A stretch of 64,000 nt of DNA. Source: Eledone cirrhosa (lineage: Eukaryota). Every line of letters starts with the position of its first letter. The stretch's first letter is position 1. The notes under the pieces were generated by a model. The model made no database searches. It had not been told where the DNA came from and was given only the letters and a program-made list of their open reading frames with translations. Made by a program: the position numbers and the translations under genes. Where the stretch lies: assembly GCA_964016885.1 (NCBI GenBank), contig OZ024741.1:28024001-28088000 (forward strand). The letters are read 5' to 3'. Positions 24,735 to 36,593 of this stretch are shown here, piece after piece.

Positions 24735-26802
24735 GTCCACTCTGACAAAACCAATAACTTATATGGTATTTCCAAGGATAATTATAACAACCTTATCCTA
24801 AAGGAACTTAGGAAAAAATATCGTAAAACCAACCATGATAATTTAGAACACATAAACTTTGAAGCCTCTGAGATTATGTCAAAACTTGGCATTGAAAAAA
24901 AGACCGAACCATTCCTCCCAAGAACTCCGAGGATAAATCTCAAGGATCACAAAAACAATTTTCGCACTGAACTACCTGTTAGATTAATTGTCCCCTCTAA
25001 ATCAGATCTGGGGGTTGTTAGTAAAGCCATCTTGGATAGAATTATCCCACAGGTTCGTTCTAATTGCTCTTCTTTGAACCTAAATTTATGGTTTGGTACT
25101 TCTGAAGTGATTAGCTGGTTCAACAAATTGAATAATAAAAACAAACTAAAATTTGTTCAATTTGATATTGCCAGCTACTATTCTTCTATTTCGCCTTCAC
25201 TTCTCAATAATGCTCTATCTGATATTATGCTCTATCTGATATTATAATGCACTTAAATATTCTGACATCACCACAGATGAACTTCACATCATTCTCACCG
25301 CACGTAAAACCATCCTAGAGTTCAACAACGAATATTGGACCAGAGCCGATACCTCTAACAACTTCGACATCACAATGGGAGCATCCGATTCATCCCAATT
25401 GACAGATTTAATTGGTATCTTTATTTTGAACTCTTTGAGTCGGAAAATTCCTCAACTTCGCGGTGGAATTTATCGTGACGATGGACTCTTTACTATCTTA
25501 AATTGCAACATAGTTAACCTTAATATTATTAAGAACAATATACGTAATCTCTTTAACCAACATAACCAAAAAATTGAATTTGATAACAGCATCAAACTAG
25601 CTAATTTCTTGGATGTATCTCTTAATCTTGACACTGGCCTATATTACCCTTACCATAAAAACAATGAGAACCTAAATTATGTTAACTTTAAATCTAACCA
25701 TCCTACTAATATTAAGAATGCTATAGTTAGTAATATTGGAAAAAGAATATCTAACCTATCTTCTAATAAAAACATCTTTGATGCTAACGCCAATTACTAT
25801 AATAACGCGCTTTCTAAAGCCGGCTATCCTGATAAAATCAAATATAGTAAAGAAACAAATTCTAGAAGAACTTACAGTAGAATAATTAATCATGATCATT
25901 CCAATAACTTTAATAAAAGACCTAGATACAAAAACATAATCTGGTATAATGCTCCTTTCTCCATCTCTATTAATAACAATATTCCTAAATTATTCTTTAG
26001 TGCCTTAAATAAATGCTTCCCTCCCTCACATATCTATAGTAAAATATTTAACAAACACACTATAAAATTTTCCTATTCGACATCCTCCAACATTCCCAAC
26101 ATTATCTCTAAACACAACAATAAAATACTAAATACTAAATCTCTTCCTTCCAACACTGAATATCATAATAATAGTAATAGTACTCCCGACGTCATTGTAA
26201 ACCCTAGGCTAATTTCTGCAAACCCAAATACAACGTCAAACACAACTTCGCTAAATGTTCTTAATACCATTCTAAATCAAGAAACTATTATTCCTATCGC
26301 AAATAACTTCTCCAATCCAATTCCTTCTATAGATAACACTAGGTCACTCGTTAATAATCTCTCTAATCGCAATTGCAATTGCCCTGTTAAAAATAAATGT
26401 CCTCTCAACAACCATTGTCTTGATAAAAACTTAATTTACGAATGTAAAGTTATAACTGACACCGATTCCTTCACCTATTTTGGCTCCACTTCCACCTCTT
26501 TTAAAGCTCGTCTTTATAACCATCATTCGTCTTTTAAATACAAACTTAAAAGAACCAACAAGGCTCTCTCAGAGCTCATATGGTCCTTGAAAGACAAAAA
26601 TATTAAATATAGCATCTTTTGGAAGAAGGTTTCTTCTGCTTCTCCATACTTGAACAGTTCTCTATCCAAAATTTGCAATCTCTGTCTAAATGAAACATTT
26701 ACCATTATATCTAATTTAGATTCTATAATAAATAGACGCACTGACTTGTTTTCTATCTGCTTGCATAAATTCCACAAAACATTCCACAAAGTATACAGCT
26801 AA
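24735..26802 (+). pseudogene. Penelope-like RT + C-terminal GIY-YIG endonuclease (disrupted near 25210-25250 by a local duplication)
   Basis: LKDHK, PVRLI, QFDIASYYSSI, MGASDS, GIYRDDGL, FLDV, HPTNI, IWYNAPFS, CNCPVKNKCPL, LIYEC...YFGST, FKARLYNH, CNLCLNE. Confidence 0.9.
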
Positions 26803-27219
26803 TATTCTTTATCAATTTAGAATCTTTTTCTCAAAGGCACATATATATATATACACTTATTTAAAAATATACCCATCTTTCTACCTTATTTCAAAGGTTA
26901 TTATACATTCTATAATACTTGTTACTCATTCTATATATCGCTCCTATTTATCACTTCCCTTTCTTCTCTTTTTCTTTTAATGTCTAACCCCTAATCTGTA
27001 CCTTTTCTCACTGTTGCCTGACATAGAATCAATTATTACATAATACAATACATTCTTACTCTATATCACCTTGTAAAAATCCTTTGTAAACAAACATTTT
27101 TTTGACCTTAGATTATTCATCCTCAATTCATTATTTTTTTCTCCCTTTCATCTAACTCATTCATGCTCATCTCACAATATATCCTTACTTAAACTACCTG
27201 TTATTCTTTTTAATAATAC

Positions 27220-27445
27220 ATATCAACATTTTCTTTCCATCGCACATATTATTAAACCCTTAATATCATTCTTAATACATATTAACTTTTTCTTTTCCAT
27301 CGCACATGTTATTAAACCCTTAAATATTATTCTTAATACATATTAACATTTTCTTTTCATCGCACATGTTATTAAACCCTTAAATATTATTCTTAATACA
27401 TATTAACATTTTCTTTTCATCGCACATATTATTAAACCCCTCAAT
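27220..27445 (+). repeat. ~60-bp tandem repeat (about 3.7 copies) in the PLE 3' region
   Basis: CGCACAT(A/G)TTATTAAACCC recurs at 27241, 27301, 27361 and 27421. Confidence 0.9.
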
Positions 27446-27804
27446 ATACAAACCTTAACTTTACATTATTTTTCTCTTCGTTAATTTTCAAATTCTTTTA
27501 ATTTATACATTATCTTCCAACGGTTTTCAACCTCTTTATGTAAAACAATATATCGTTCTCAGTTATAAAAGCTATCTCTCTCTCTCTATCACCCATCTCT
27601 CCTCCTATCTCATCCTTCCTTATTATACTCCTCCCTCTCCACTTTTTACTCTCATCTCCTCCTCTTTTTCATCCTTTCCACCCCCCCCCCTCAAAATAAA
27701 TATTTTTTCCCAATATCATACATCAATCTAAAACTACTTTTCATATGTTGATTTAAAACTGCACTATCCACAAGTGTTTTTTAACCTTCATATCATGTCT
27801 TCCT

Positions 27805-27873
27805 GTTTTATCTGATGAAAACACAAATATTATTGCATGATGATATTTGTTTTTGAAATGTGCATAATAAAAT
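27805..27873 (+). ncRNA. Type I hammerhead ribozyme in 3' pLTR
   Basis: GUUUUAU CUGAUGA AAACACAAAUAUU...GAUAUUUGUUUUU GAAA UGUGCA UA AUAAAAU. Confidence 0.85.
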
Positions 27874-27902
27874 ACATGGAACTCTTTTAACCATCTTTTG
27901 TT

Positions 27903-27976
<74 letters not shown>

Positions 27977-27985
27977 CATATATAC

Positions 27986-28040
<55 letters not shown>

Positions 28041-28050
28041 CATACATACA

Positions 28051-28114
<64 letters not shown>

Positions 28115-28182
28115 TGTATGTATGTATGTATGTATGTATGCATGTATGTATATATATGTATGTATGTATGTATATATATATA

Positions 28183-28590
28183 TGGGAGAGATGACCCCTT
28201 AGCCTTTGTCAAGGCAGAATTCTAGGAGAAGGAAAACTCTGATATAACACCTGCAACCCTGATGGTATCCAATGATGTTGACTTGTTCTTCTTTTTGGTT
28301 AATATCATCCTGGTTAAGAGAGTGGGACTGGCTTTGTGCAGTGCCTTTGCTCAATATAAAAGCTTCACGGCACAGGCATTGCTTTATATCTGGAGATCTC
28401 TCTGCACTTGTCGTCACAAGGTACCATGGATCCAGCACTATGTGTCAATAATTGTCACAAGTGTAGTGTTTGTACCAGAATTTTCAAGTCGCTGGCTGGA
28501 CTAAAAAGTCACACTCGTTTAGCGCATCGGTAGGGTTCTCCTATATGGATATAAAGTAGTGGCCGTGCTCGAAAACGAGTTGGCAGGCCA

Positions 28591-28592
<2 letters not shown>
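28183..28592 (+). mobile_element. 5'-truncated copy of bipartite non-autonomous RTE element
   Basis: RTE 5'-UTR motif CTAGGAGAAGGAAAACTCTGA joined to a C2H2 remnant [22 protein letters not shown] and 3' UTR. Confidence 0.75.
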
Positions 28593-28659
<67 letters not shown>

Positions 28660-28860
28660 TATGTACACTTACATACATATATGTATACAGACGTACAGTA
28701 GTATGTATATATATATACATACATGCACACATATATATATGTACGTATGGATTCACCGAACATTTATTATAATGCTCGGTGTGTTTGTAAACAAACAACC
28801 CGTATTAAGCCGTAGTGTCCAGCAACCATCGTTGCTCGTTTGTTCAACACTGACAATGGA

Positions 28861-28903
28861 ACGCTGTACTAGTTTCAAGCTTATTAGCTATCGTCAGCAA
28901 CGT
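28861..28903 (-). ncRNA. Type I minimal hammerhead ribozyme
   Basis: Reverse complement of 29195-29237. Confidence 0.8.
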
Positions 28904-29194
28904 ATACCTTCCAGCCAGATTGTTGAACGTATATACTTACCTTATGCATGTTAACGGCCGAGTAGCCCAATTTGCATATCGAGTGTGTTAATCGGCCGGG
29001 TGCACCGAAAACGATAAACGGAAAAAATGAAACGAAATTTCATTTCCCACTCTTAGTACGGCTGTTACTTAAATATAAGTATGTACACGTACATAAATAT
29101 ATGTATACAGACGTACAGTAGTATGTATTGGGCTACTCGGCCGTTAACATGCATAAGGTAAGTATATACGTTCAACAATCTGGCAGGAAGGTAT

Positions 29195-29237
29195 ACGTTG
29201 CTGACGATAGCTAATAAGCTTGAAACTAGTACAGCGT
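29195..29237 (+). ncRNA. Type I minimal hammerhead ribozyme
   Basis: ACGUUG CUGACGA U-AGCU aaua AGCU-U GAAA CUAG UA CAGCGU; palindromic stem III ACUAGU. Confidence 0.82.
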
Positions 29238-29498
29238 TCCATTGTCAGTGTTGAACAAACGAGCAACGATGGTTGCTGGACACTACGGCTTAATACGGAT
29301 TGTTTGTTTACAAACACACCGAGCATTATAATAAATGTTCGGTGAATCCATACGTACATATATATATGTGTGCATGTATGTATATATATATACATACTAC
29401 TGTACGTCTGTATACATATATTTATGTACGTGTACATACTTATATTTAAGTAACAGCCGTACTAAGAGTGGGAAATGAAATTTCGTTTCATTTTTTCC

Positions 29499-29616
<118 letters not shown>

Positions 29617-29872
29617 ATATATATATACATACTACCAGAAACATCAACAAGGAAATGGACAGACTTGGAATAGTTCCAAGATTAATTGAACCAAAACCAG
29701 TCGTAAATTCCCTGTAATATTGTCTGGTTCTTGTTAAACCTTGTGGAAGTGGAGTGGTGGTGGTGGTGGTGGTGGTCGTCGTAGTGGTTGACGTGGAGAT
29801 AGGTTCTGTGTCCCTGTGTATTGATGATACTTGATGATGTACAAGGTACACCTGCTAAAGTTGTATACCGAC

Positions 29873-30540
29873 TTAACTACCTACCCACATACATACCTAC
29901 CTATTACCTACTTAAATACCTACCTACTTATCTATCTACCTATCTACCCACTTACCTACCTACCCACCTACCTACCCACCTACCTACCTACCTACCCACC
30001 TACCTACCTACCTACCCACCTACCTACCTGCCTACCTACTTATCTATCTACCTATCTACCCACTTGCCTACCTACCCACCTACCTACCCACCTACCCACC
30101 TACCTACCTACCTACCTACCTACCTACCTACCTACCTACCTACCTACCTACCTACCTACCTACCTACCTACCTACCTACCTACCCACATACATACCTACC
30201 CACCTACCTACCGACCTACCTACCTACATACCTACCTACCTACCTACCTACCTACCTACCTACCTACCTACCTACCTACCTACCTACCTACCTACCTACC
30301 CACATACCTACCTACCTACCTACTTACCTACCTATCTACCTACCTACCTACCTACCTACCTACCTACCTACCTACCTACCTACCTATTTACCTACTTACC
30401 TACTTACCTACCTATCTATCTACCTACCTACCTACCTACCTACCTACCTACCTACCTACCTACCTACCTACCTACCTACCTACCTACCTACCTACCTACC
30501 TACCTACCTACCTATCTACCTACTTACCTCTATCTATCTA
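29873..30540. repeat. (TACC)n microsatellite
   Basis: Direct reading. Confidence 0.97.
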
Positions 30541-30763
30541 TCTCTGGGATAGACACATGTGCTGAGCTCGCTCGGTAAGTTTCGTTTAAATTTATCTGGA
30601 AATTGTGAACTGTAAACTTTCATTTTTGTACCATTTTGTAGAGAGACTGCCAGGTCAAACTTTGATATGGTCAGTCTCTCAAAATATTCTACGCCTTTAG
30701 GCGAAATAGTGTTGTAAAAATTTAATCTTTCGAAAAATTTCGAAAAATCCTATTCTGATAAAA

Positions 30764-32520
30764 ATGGCTGAAGCATCTTCACCAAAATTCGAAGGAGGAA
30801 AGGGGAAGATAAGCTTACAGCTTCCCCCTGCCACTGTCACAGTAGCAGAGGTCAAAAAGAAAGGTCAGCCAGAGGAAGGATTTTCTCCACCTGTTGACCG
30901 ACAACTTGACGTTGCCATGGCAACAACCCAAAGAACCAGCGGCACCAACAACAGCAACAACAACAACAATGCGACGGACGAAAACAACACCAATAACAAT
31001 AACAACAACAACAAGACCAATAACTGTGATAACAACAACAATGATAACAACAACACCACCAACTACAACAGCAACACAAACAAAAAAATTTCTCCTTCGC
31101 CGAGACGGCAAGGAAAACCCTCGATTATCTGCCAGTAGATATAACCAAAGCGAAGGAGCTACTGGCAGATGCCAAAAAATATATAGTGTACGGGGAAAAT
31201 GGTTCATTCACGATCCATTCCCCCCCGGAACTAAAAAGCCAGAGACTCCTAAACATTGTCATGTTTAGGACAATCTCAAATAAAAGCAAAAAAACAGCTC
31301 AACCATCACAGAGTGAGATAGAGCTGGTTTTAAAAGACGTCATGAAGGACATCACCTTCATTCAGAAGGATAGACTCTACGGGAGTCTATCCATTCTCAT
31401 GAAGGACAGGGGCACAGCAGTGAACTGTCCATCAAACCAATCACATCCACCGCATACACCTTCTACCCTACGTACATGGTTAGAAGAACACAAAAAATAA
31501 AAATCCACACCATCCTGCCGATTATGGACACATGGTGGGTTTTGACAGGTTTCCTGGACCTGGATGATGACACGCTGGTGTCCATGGGAAAGGCATCGGG
31601 TGACGCGTTCAGTGGAACGAGCCTCGAACTTGTAGTTCAAATGAGGCCTGAAAGGATCGCCCAGATCCCTGAACGCGTCATACTGGATGATCAAACTTTC
31701 ATCAACATTACCGTTGAGGGTAGGCGGCCCTCGTGTTACCTCTGCGGAACCAGAGGTCACCTGAGGGCTGTCTGTCCCCAACTTAATAAGAAAACCCCAA
31801 TCCTGCCTACACCACCAACAACTGCACAACCAACACAATCACCACAACTACCACTACAAAAACAACCACCACAGCTCAAACCAAAACAAAACAATGTCCA
31901 ACCCATCCCCCCCCACTAAAAAAACAAAAACAAAAACAATTTCCAAAACACCCGCACCGGAAACACAACCCGAAAATATACCCCTCCCCTCCAACGCGGA
32001 AGATGACCCTAGTTCGTCGTCAGACGAGGAGGAGCACTTCCACACAATCAAAAGAAAAAAAAGAAAAGACACCTCAGACACACAAATGAAAACAACCCCT
32101 CCCCAAAACATAACACTGACACCAACACAAAAGAGCTCACAACAACAGCAAACAAAAAACACCACACAAAAGCAAAAACATGCATACACATACATAAACA
32201 CAAGAAACAAAAAACTGTTAAACATTGTGTACAACAACAATCTAATAAAAACCCAAGGGCCTAACTTCACCCAGGCAGGGGATTTCCCCCACCTCAAAAT
32301 GATTAAGGCCCCACAGGACACCTATAAAACTTTAAAAAACAACTTTAAAGAGGACGTGGGTCCCCCCTGCGTCGGGTCCATTAACCGCGTTCTCCTAAAA
32401 ACTACCCCACCCCCTCCCCAAACACCCACACAACTCCAAACTCCCCAACCACACAACACACTAATGCCCCTACACCTCCACAAACCACCACCCCACCCAA
32501 CAACCCATCCCCCACCCTAA
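30764..32520 (+). pseudogene. Tx1-type ORF1 (gag-like, CCHC zinc knuckle), frameshifted
   Basis: ITVEGRRPSCYLCGTRGHLRAVCP, preceded by an Asn-rich region and followed by a Pro/Thr/Lys-rich region; split over several frames. Confidence 0.8.
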
Positions 32521-32585
32521 TGGAAATTGTGCAGCCCGATACCCGGGACGCAGAGAGGTAAGTGCCTTTCCTCTTCACCACCAAC

Positions 32586-35500
32586 ATGGCCATGCTAAGA
32601 GTAGGCTGTTTAAATGCGCGTGGCCTGGGCTCAACTTGGAAGCAAGCAATGCTTCTAAATGACCTCAGGTCACAACGTATAGATGTGATGGTTATTTGCG
32701 AGGCCCGGATCAGCAGCGTGCGACAGCTGGCCCCCACCTTTGATGACTTTGAGATGCACGCATCTCTCTGTCAGCCCGAAAGTGGGGGTGGGGTTGTCGT
32801 TCTGCTGCAAAAACATCTGGGTCTCGCAACACAGATGGTACATTTGGACCCGGAGGGTTGGCTAGTGGTTCTGGACCTTGGCAGTGGTAAAGGCGGAGCG
32901 TTTAGGTTGGTAGCCGCCTACGGCCCTTTCGGGTCAATGCGGCCGGACTTCTTCCATCGTCTGGAGGCTTTTCTAGGGACGTCCCGCTCCTTGCTATTAG
33001 TGGGGGACTGGAATGGTATCCTAGATGCACGCTGGGACTACGTAGGGGCCTGTCCCGATAGAGAGGGGTGTAATAGCCTCAAAGGGTTAATCGGTCGATT
33101 TGACCTGGCCGATAGATATCGACTAGATTTTCCGACTGCGCCAACCTGGACTTGGGCAAATCGTAGCGGATCATCTAGGTCGTACCTAGATAGGTTCTTA
33201 GTTAGAATTAAGGATAAGGACTTTTTAAGTTGTCAAAAAATGCGCATGGTTGGCTATTCAGACCACAAGTTAGTGAGCTGCATGGTCAACCTTGACAGAA
33301 CTCATAGACAGGGACCCGGTTACTGGAAACTCAACTTGTCCTTACCGGCAAGTAAGGCTTACAGGGACCGGATTAGCACTTTAGTTAAGGAGCGGCTGAC
33401 GGGCGCCATCGTCAACAGCAGGTGGTGGGGATCTCTCAAAAGAGAGATTAGAGTAGTCTCTATAGAATTTAGTAAGGAGTTAGCCTCAAATAGAAATAGG
33501 AAGGAAAGGGAGTTGGTAGATAGTGTAGAAGAGGCAATTAGAAGCGGCGACGTGGCCAGAGTGCTAGCGTCGAGAACGGCCCTGGGCCAGTTCTTCGACG
33601 CGAAACACGAAGGCTGCATCGTCCGAAGCAAAATACGTGCTCTGGGAAACGAGGAGACCAAAGCTGTTAGCTGGGCCCGCGTGACAGAAGCCAAAAGAGG
33701 GAGCAGATCCACTATCCGGTCTTTGCGAGACCAGGATGGACGGGTGATCCTTGAACCTAAGCAGATGTGCGAGGCTTTTCAAAAGCACTTTGCCGGATTG
33801 TTCGGAAGGGGCGGCGAGCCGGTTGGGGATGTGGACTCCGGTCCATACCTCGACGGCCTGCCGCGTCTCTCGGACAGGGAGGCGAAGTCCTGCGAGGAGC
33901 CGATTTCAGCCGCTGAGATAGAGGACGTGCTGAGCCAATGCGGCAAACGCAAATCCCCGGGTCTCGATGGTCTTCCATACGAACTATATCTAGCTATGCC
34001 GGACTTGTTCCCCGATCTCCTCGAGGCGGTCTACTGCAACTGGCAACAGAACGGGAGAATTCCCTGTACTGTGACCAAGGGCGTAGTCACGCTAGTGAGG
34101 AGGGACGAGAACAAGGGGGACGATATAAATAATTTCAGGCCCATAACTCTGCTAAATACAGAGTTACAGATTTTGGCCAAGGTGCTAACAAAGAGGTTGG
34201 CGCTTGTCGTGGGTAACCTGGTGGGAGATGCGCAGACATGTGCTATCCCGTCCAGGTCCATCCATGATAACCTCCACCTCATGCGATACATCATAGAGAG
34301 GGTTGGGAACGAACCCGGCTTTGGTGGGGCTCTGATCAACTTGGATCAATCTAAGGCATTCGATAGGGTCGACCATGGTTACCTGGATGCGGATGCGGTG
34401 CCCTCTCTCCTCCCTTCTGTATGTAGTGACTCTAGAGCCACTGCTGCGGAAGTTGGAGTTGTTGCAGTGCATCCCGTTGGAACCGGGATTGCGGAAAGCG
34501 GTGTCAGCCTACGCCGATGACGTAACAGTAATGGTGTCGACGGCCTCGGAAATCGGGGCGATCGGCACCTTACTGGAGGAGTACGAAAGGTTTACAGGGG
34601 CTAAGCTGAACCGGGACAAGTCGATCGGTCTGCAACTCGGCAAGTAGAGGGGCAGATCGATGCCCTCCGATGGCGTCGTCGGACGCTGGACGGAGGGCCC
34701 GGTGAAGTTGCTCGGGGTCTGATTCGGACCAGACCTCCAGGTGGAGAAGAACTGGGGTGAGGTAACGAACAGGGTGTTTGCACTGACCCAGAAGTGGGCC
34801 GAGTGCAAACTGTCCCTGAAAGGTCGGGCGGAGGTGGCGAACACTTATATAGCGTCCGTCATCTACTACCGCCTGGACGTTGTGCCTTGCCCAAGGGAAA
34901 CGCTCGCCAAAATGGAGCGCGCAATCTTCCAATTCCTTTGGAAGAGGCGGGCTCCTATGGTGAGGAGATCCATCTGCTGTCAACACCCTTCGAAAGGAGG
35001 GCTGGGGATGCCGTGGCTAATGATACGTAAACACGCATTAAGGCTACGGCACCTTCAGGTATTCCTCTCCGGTCAACCGGCGTGGGCCCCGTTTGTGAGG
35101 CGAGCCTTTCCCAGACTCGTCTCACTCACCGAGCTGCAATTCTGGGTCAAGCAAAGACCGAGAAAACTGGGCGCCTGGCACACCGAGTGTGCCCAGGCGC
35201 TCACGGCTCTCTGGCAGGCGGACCCGGCTGTCAGTGGTGAATCCACCTCGTCATTCCATAGAGGGCTGGTGGTTAGCAGGTGCGACGACGCCCTCAGAGA
35301 AGCCCTAGGCATGGAGGAAGACGAACTGTCCAACCTGTTCGGTAGGACATTCAGACAGGGACCCATGGATAACTTCCAGAAGTCCCTGGCCTAGCAATGC
35401 TACAGAAGGGCTCTGTCCGTTCGAGAAAGGCTCTACAGACACGGCCGCCCGGGTAGGGACCCCTCAAAAAGATCTGTCCCAGATGCGTGTGCGACGAGGA

Positions 35501-35891
35501 AACCGTTGCACACGCATTGGTACACTGCTCGGGCATTGCCGATCTGTGGGGCTATGTCGAACAACTGCTGTCAAGAGTGGGACCGATCCGGTTGACCACC
35601 GAGTCTATTGTAACGATCAAGCCGCCTCCCCTCTTCAAAAACGAAGAAGAGGCGGTATTTCTGTGCGTAATAGCCATGGCGAAAGAGGTTGTATGGTGGA
35701 CGCGTCTGAAAGGACTGAGGTCAGACACCTTTCTCTCTGGCCAACAACTGGTCCGTTTCTTCCGATATCATTTCGGAAGAAGGATCAGAATGGAGAGAGA
35801 GGTGCTGCACCCCAGCCGTTTTTATGAAAGATGGGTGAAAGTGGCGAGAATGGCCCGTGTGAATGGGCCTTCACTCTACATCAGACTATAG
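32586..35891 (+). pseudogene. Tx1-type ORF2 (APE + RT + CCHC), with ~135-bp deletion near 34391 and premature stops
   Basis: GCLNARGL, GDWN, YLDRF, SDH, GPGYWKLN, KSPGLDGL, NFRPITLLN, LDQSKAFDRVDH, YADD, GGLG, C..C..EETVAH..HC; compared with the intact frame of copy 2. Confidence 0.9.
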
Positions 35892-36163
35892 GTGAGGAAG
35901 ATGAAAGACCAAGGGAGCACCCCTTCTCTGTGCTCCAGAGGAAAAGGGTTGCACACTTTTTTTCGGGGGTGTGTGCGACCCCCCAAGGCGCCTCCTCTCT
36001 ATTGAGGATTTTGTTATAAATTTTATTTTTTATTTTTTGTTATATTTTATTTTATTTTATATATTGTTATTGCCTCCTCCTTATTGAGGACGCCTTGTTT
36101 TGTAAACTCCCCCCATTGTACTTGTCCCACTTTTGATGCCCTGGTGGCAAATAAAAGAAACAT

Positions 36164-36593
36164 ATCTACCTACCTACCCACAACCTACCTACCTATCTAC
36201 CTACTTACCTACTCACCACCTACCTACCTATCTACCTACTTACCTACCTACCTACCTACCTACCTACCTACCTACCTACCTACCTACCTACTTACCTACC
36301 TATCTACCTACTTACCTACCTACCTACCTACCTACCCACATACCTACCTACCCACCTACCTACCTACCTACCCACTTGCCTACCTACCTACCTACCTACC
36401 TACCTACCTACCTACCTACCTATCTACCTACCTACCTAGCTACCTACTTACCTACCTACCTACCTACCTACCTACCTATCTACCTACCTACCTACCTACC
36501 TACCTACCTATCTACCTACTTACCTACCTACCTACCTACCTACCTACCTATCTACCTACTTACCTACCTATCTACCTACCTACCTACCTACCC
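36164..36593. repeat. (TACC)n microsatellite between two Tx1 copies
   Basis: Direct reading. Confidence 0.97.

Larger units (their letters stand above)
24226..27910 (+). mobile_element. 5'-truncated Penelope-like element with inverted pLTRs
   Basis: 24226-24736 is the reverse complement of 27406-27910; coding sequence starts abruptly at VHSDKTNNLY (24735). Confidence 0.92.
30541..36163 (+). mobile_element. Full-length but decayed Tx1/L1-clade LINE embedded in (TACC)n
   Basis: 5' UTR, ORF1, ORF2, 3' UTR with AATAAA at 36150, TACC arrays on both sides. Confidence 0.9.

Noticed and set aside
27220-27445. CRISPR-like array
   Set aside because: Contiguous tandem repeat with no unique spacers, in a eukaryotic retroelement.
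29630-29720. Possible LTR-retrotransposon RT fragment (KEMDRLGIV...VVNSL)
   Set aside because: Too short and degenerate to support without a search.
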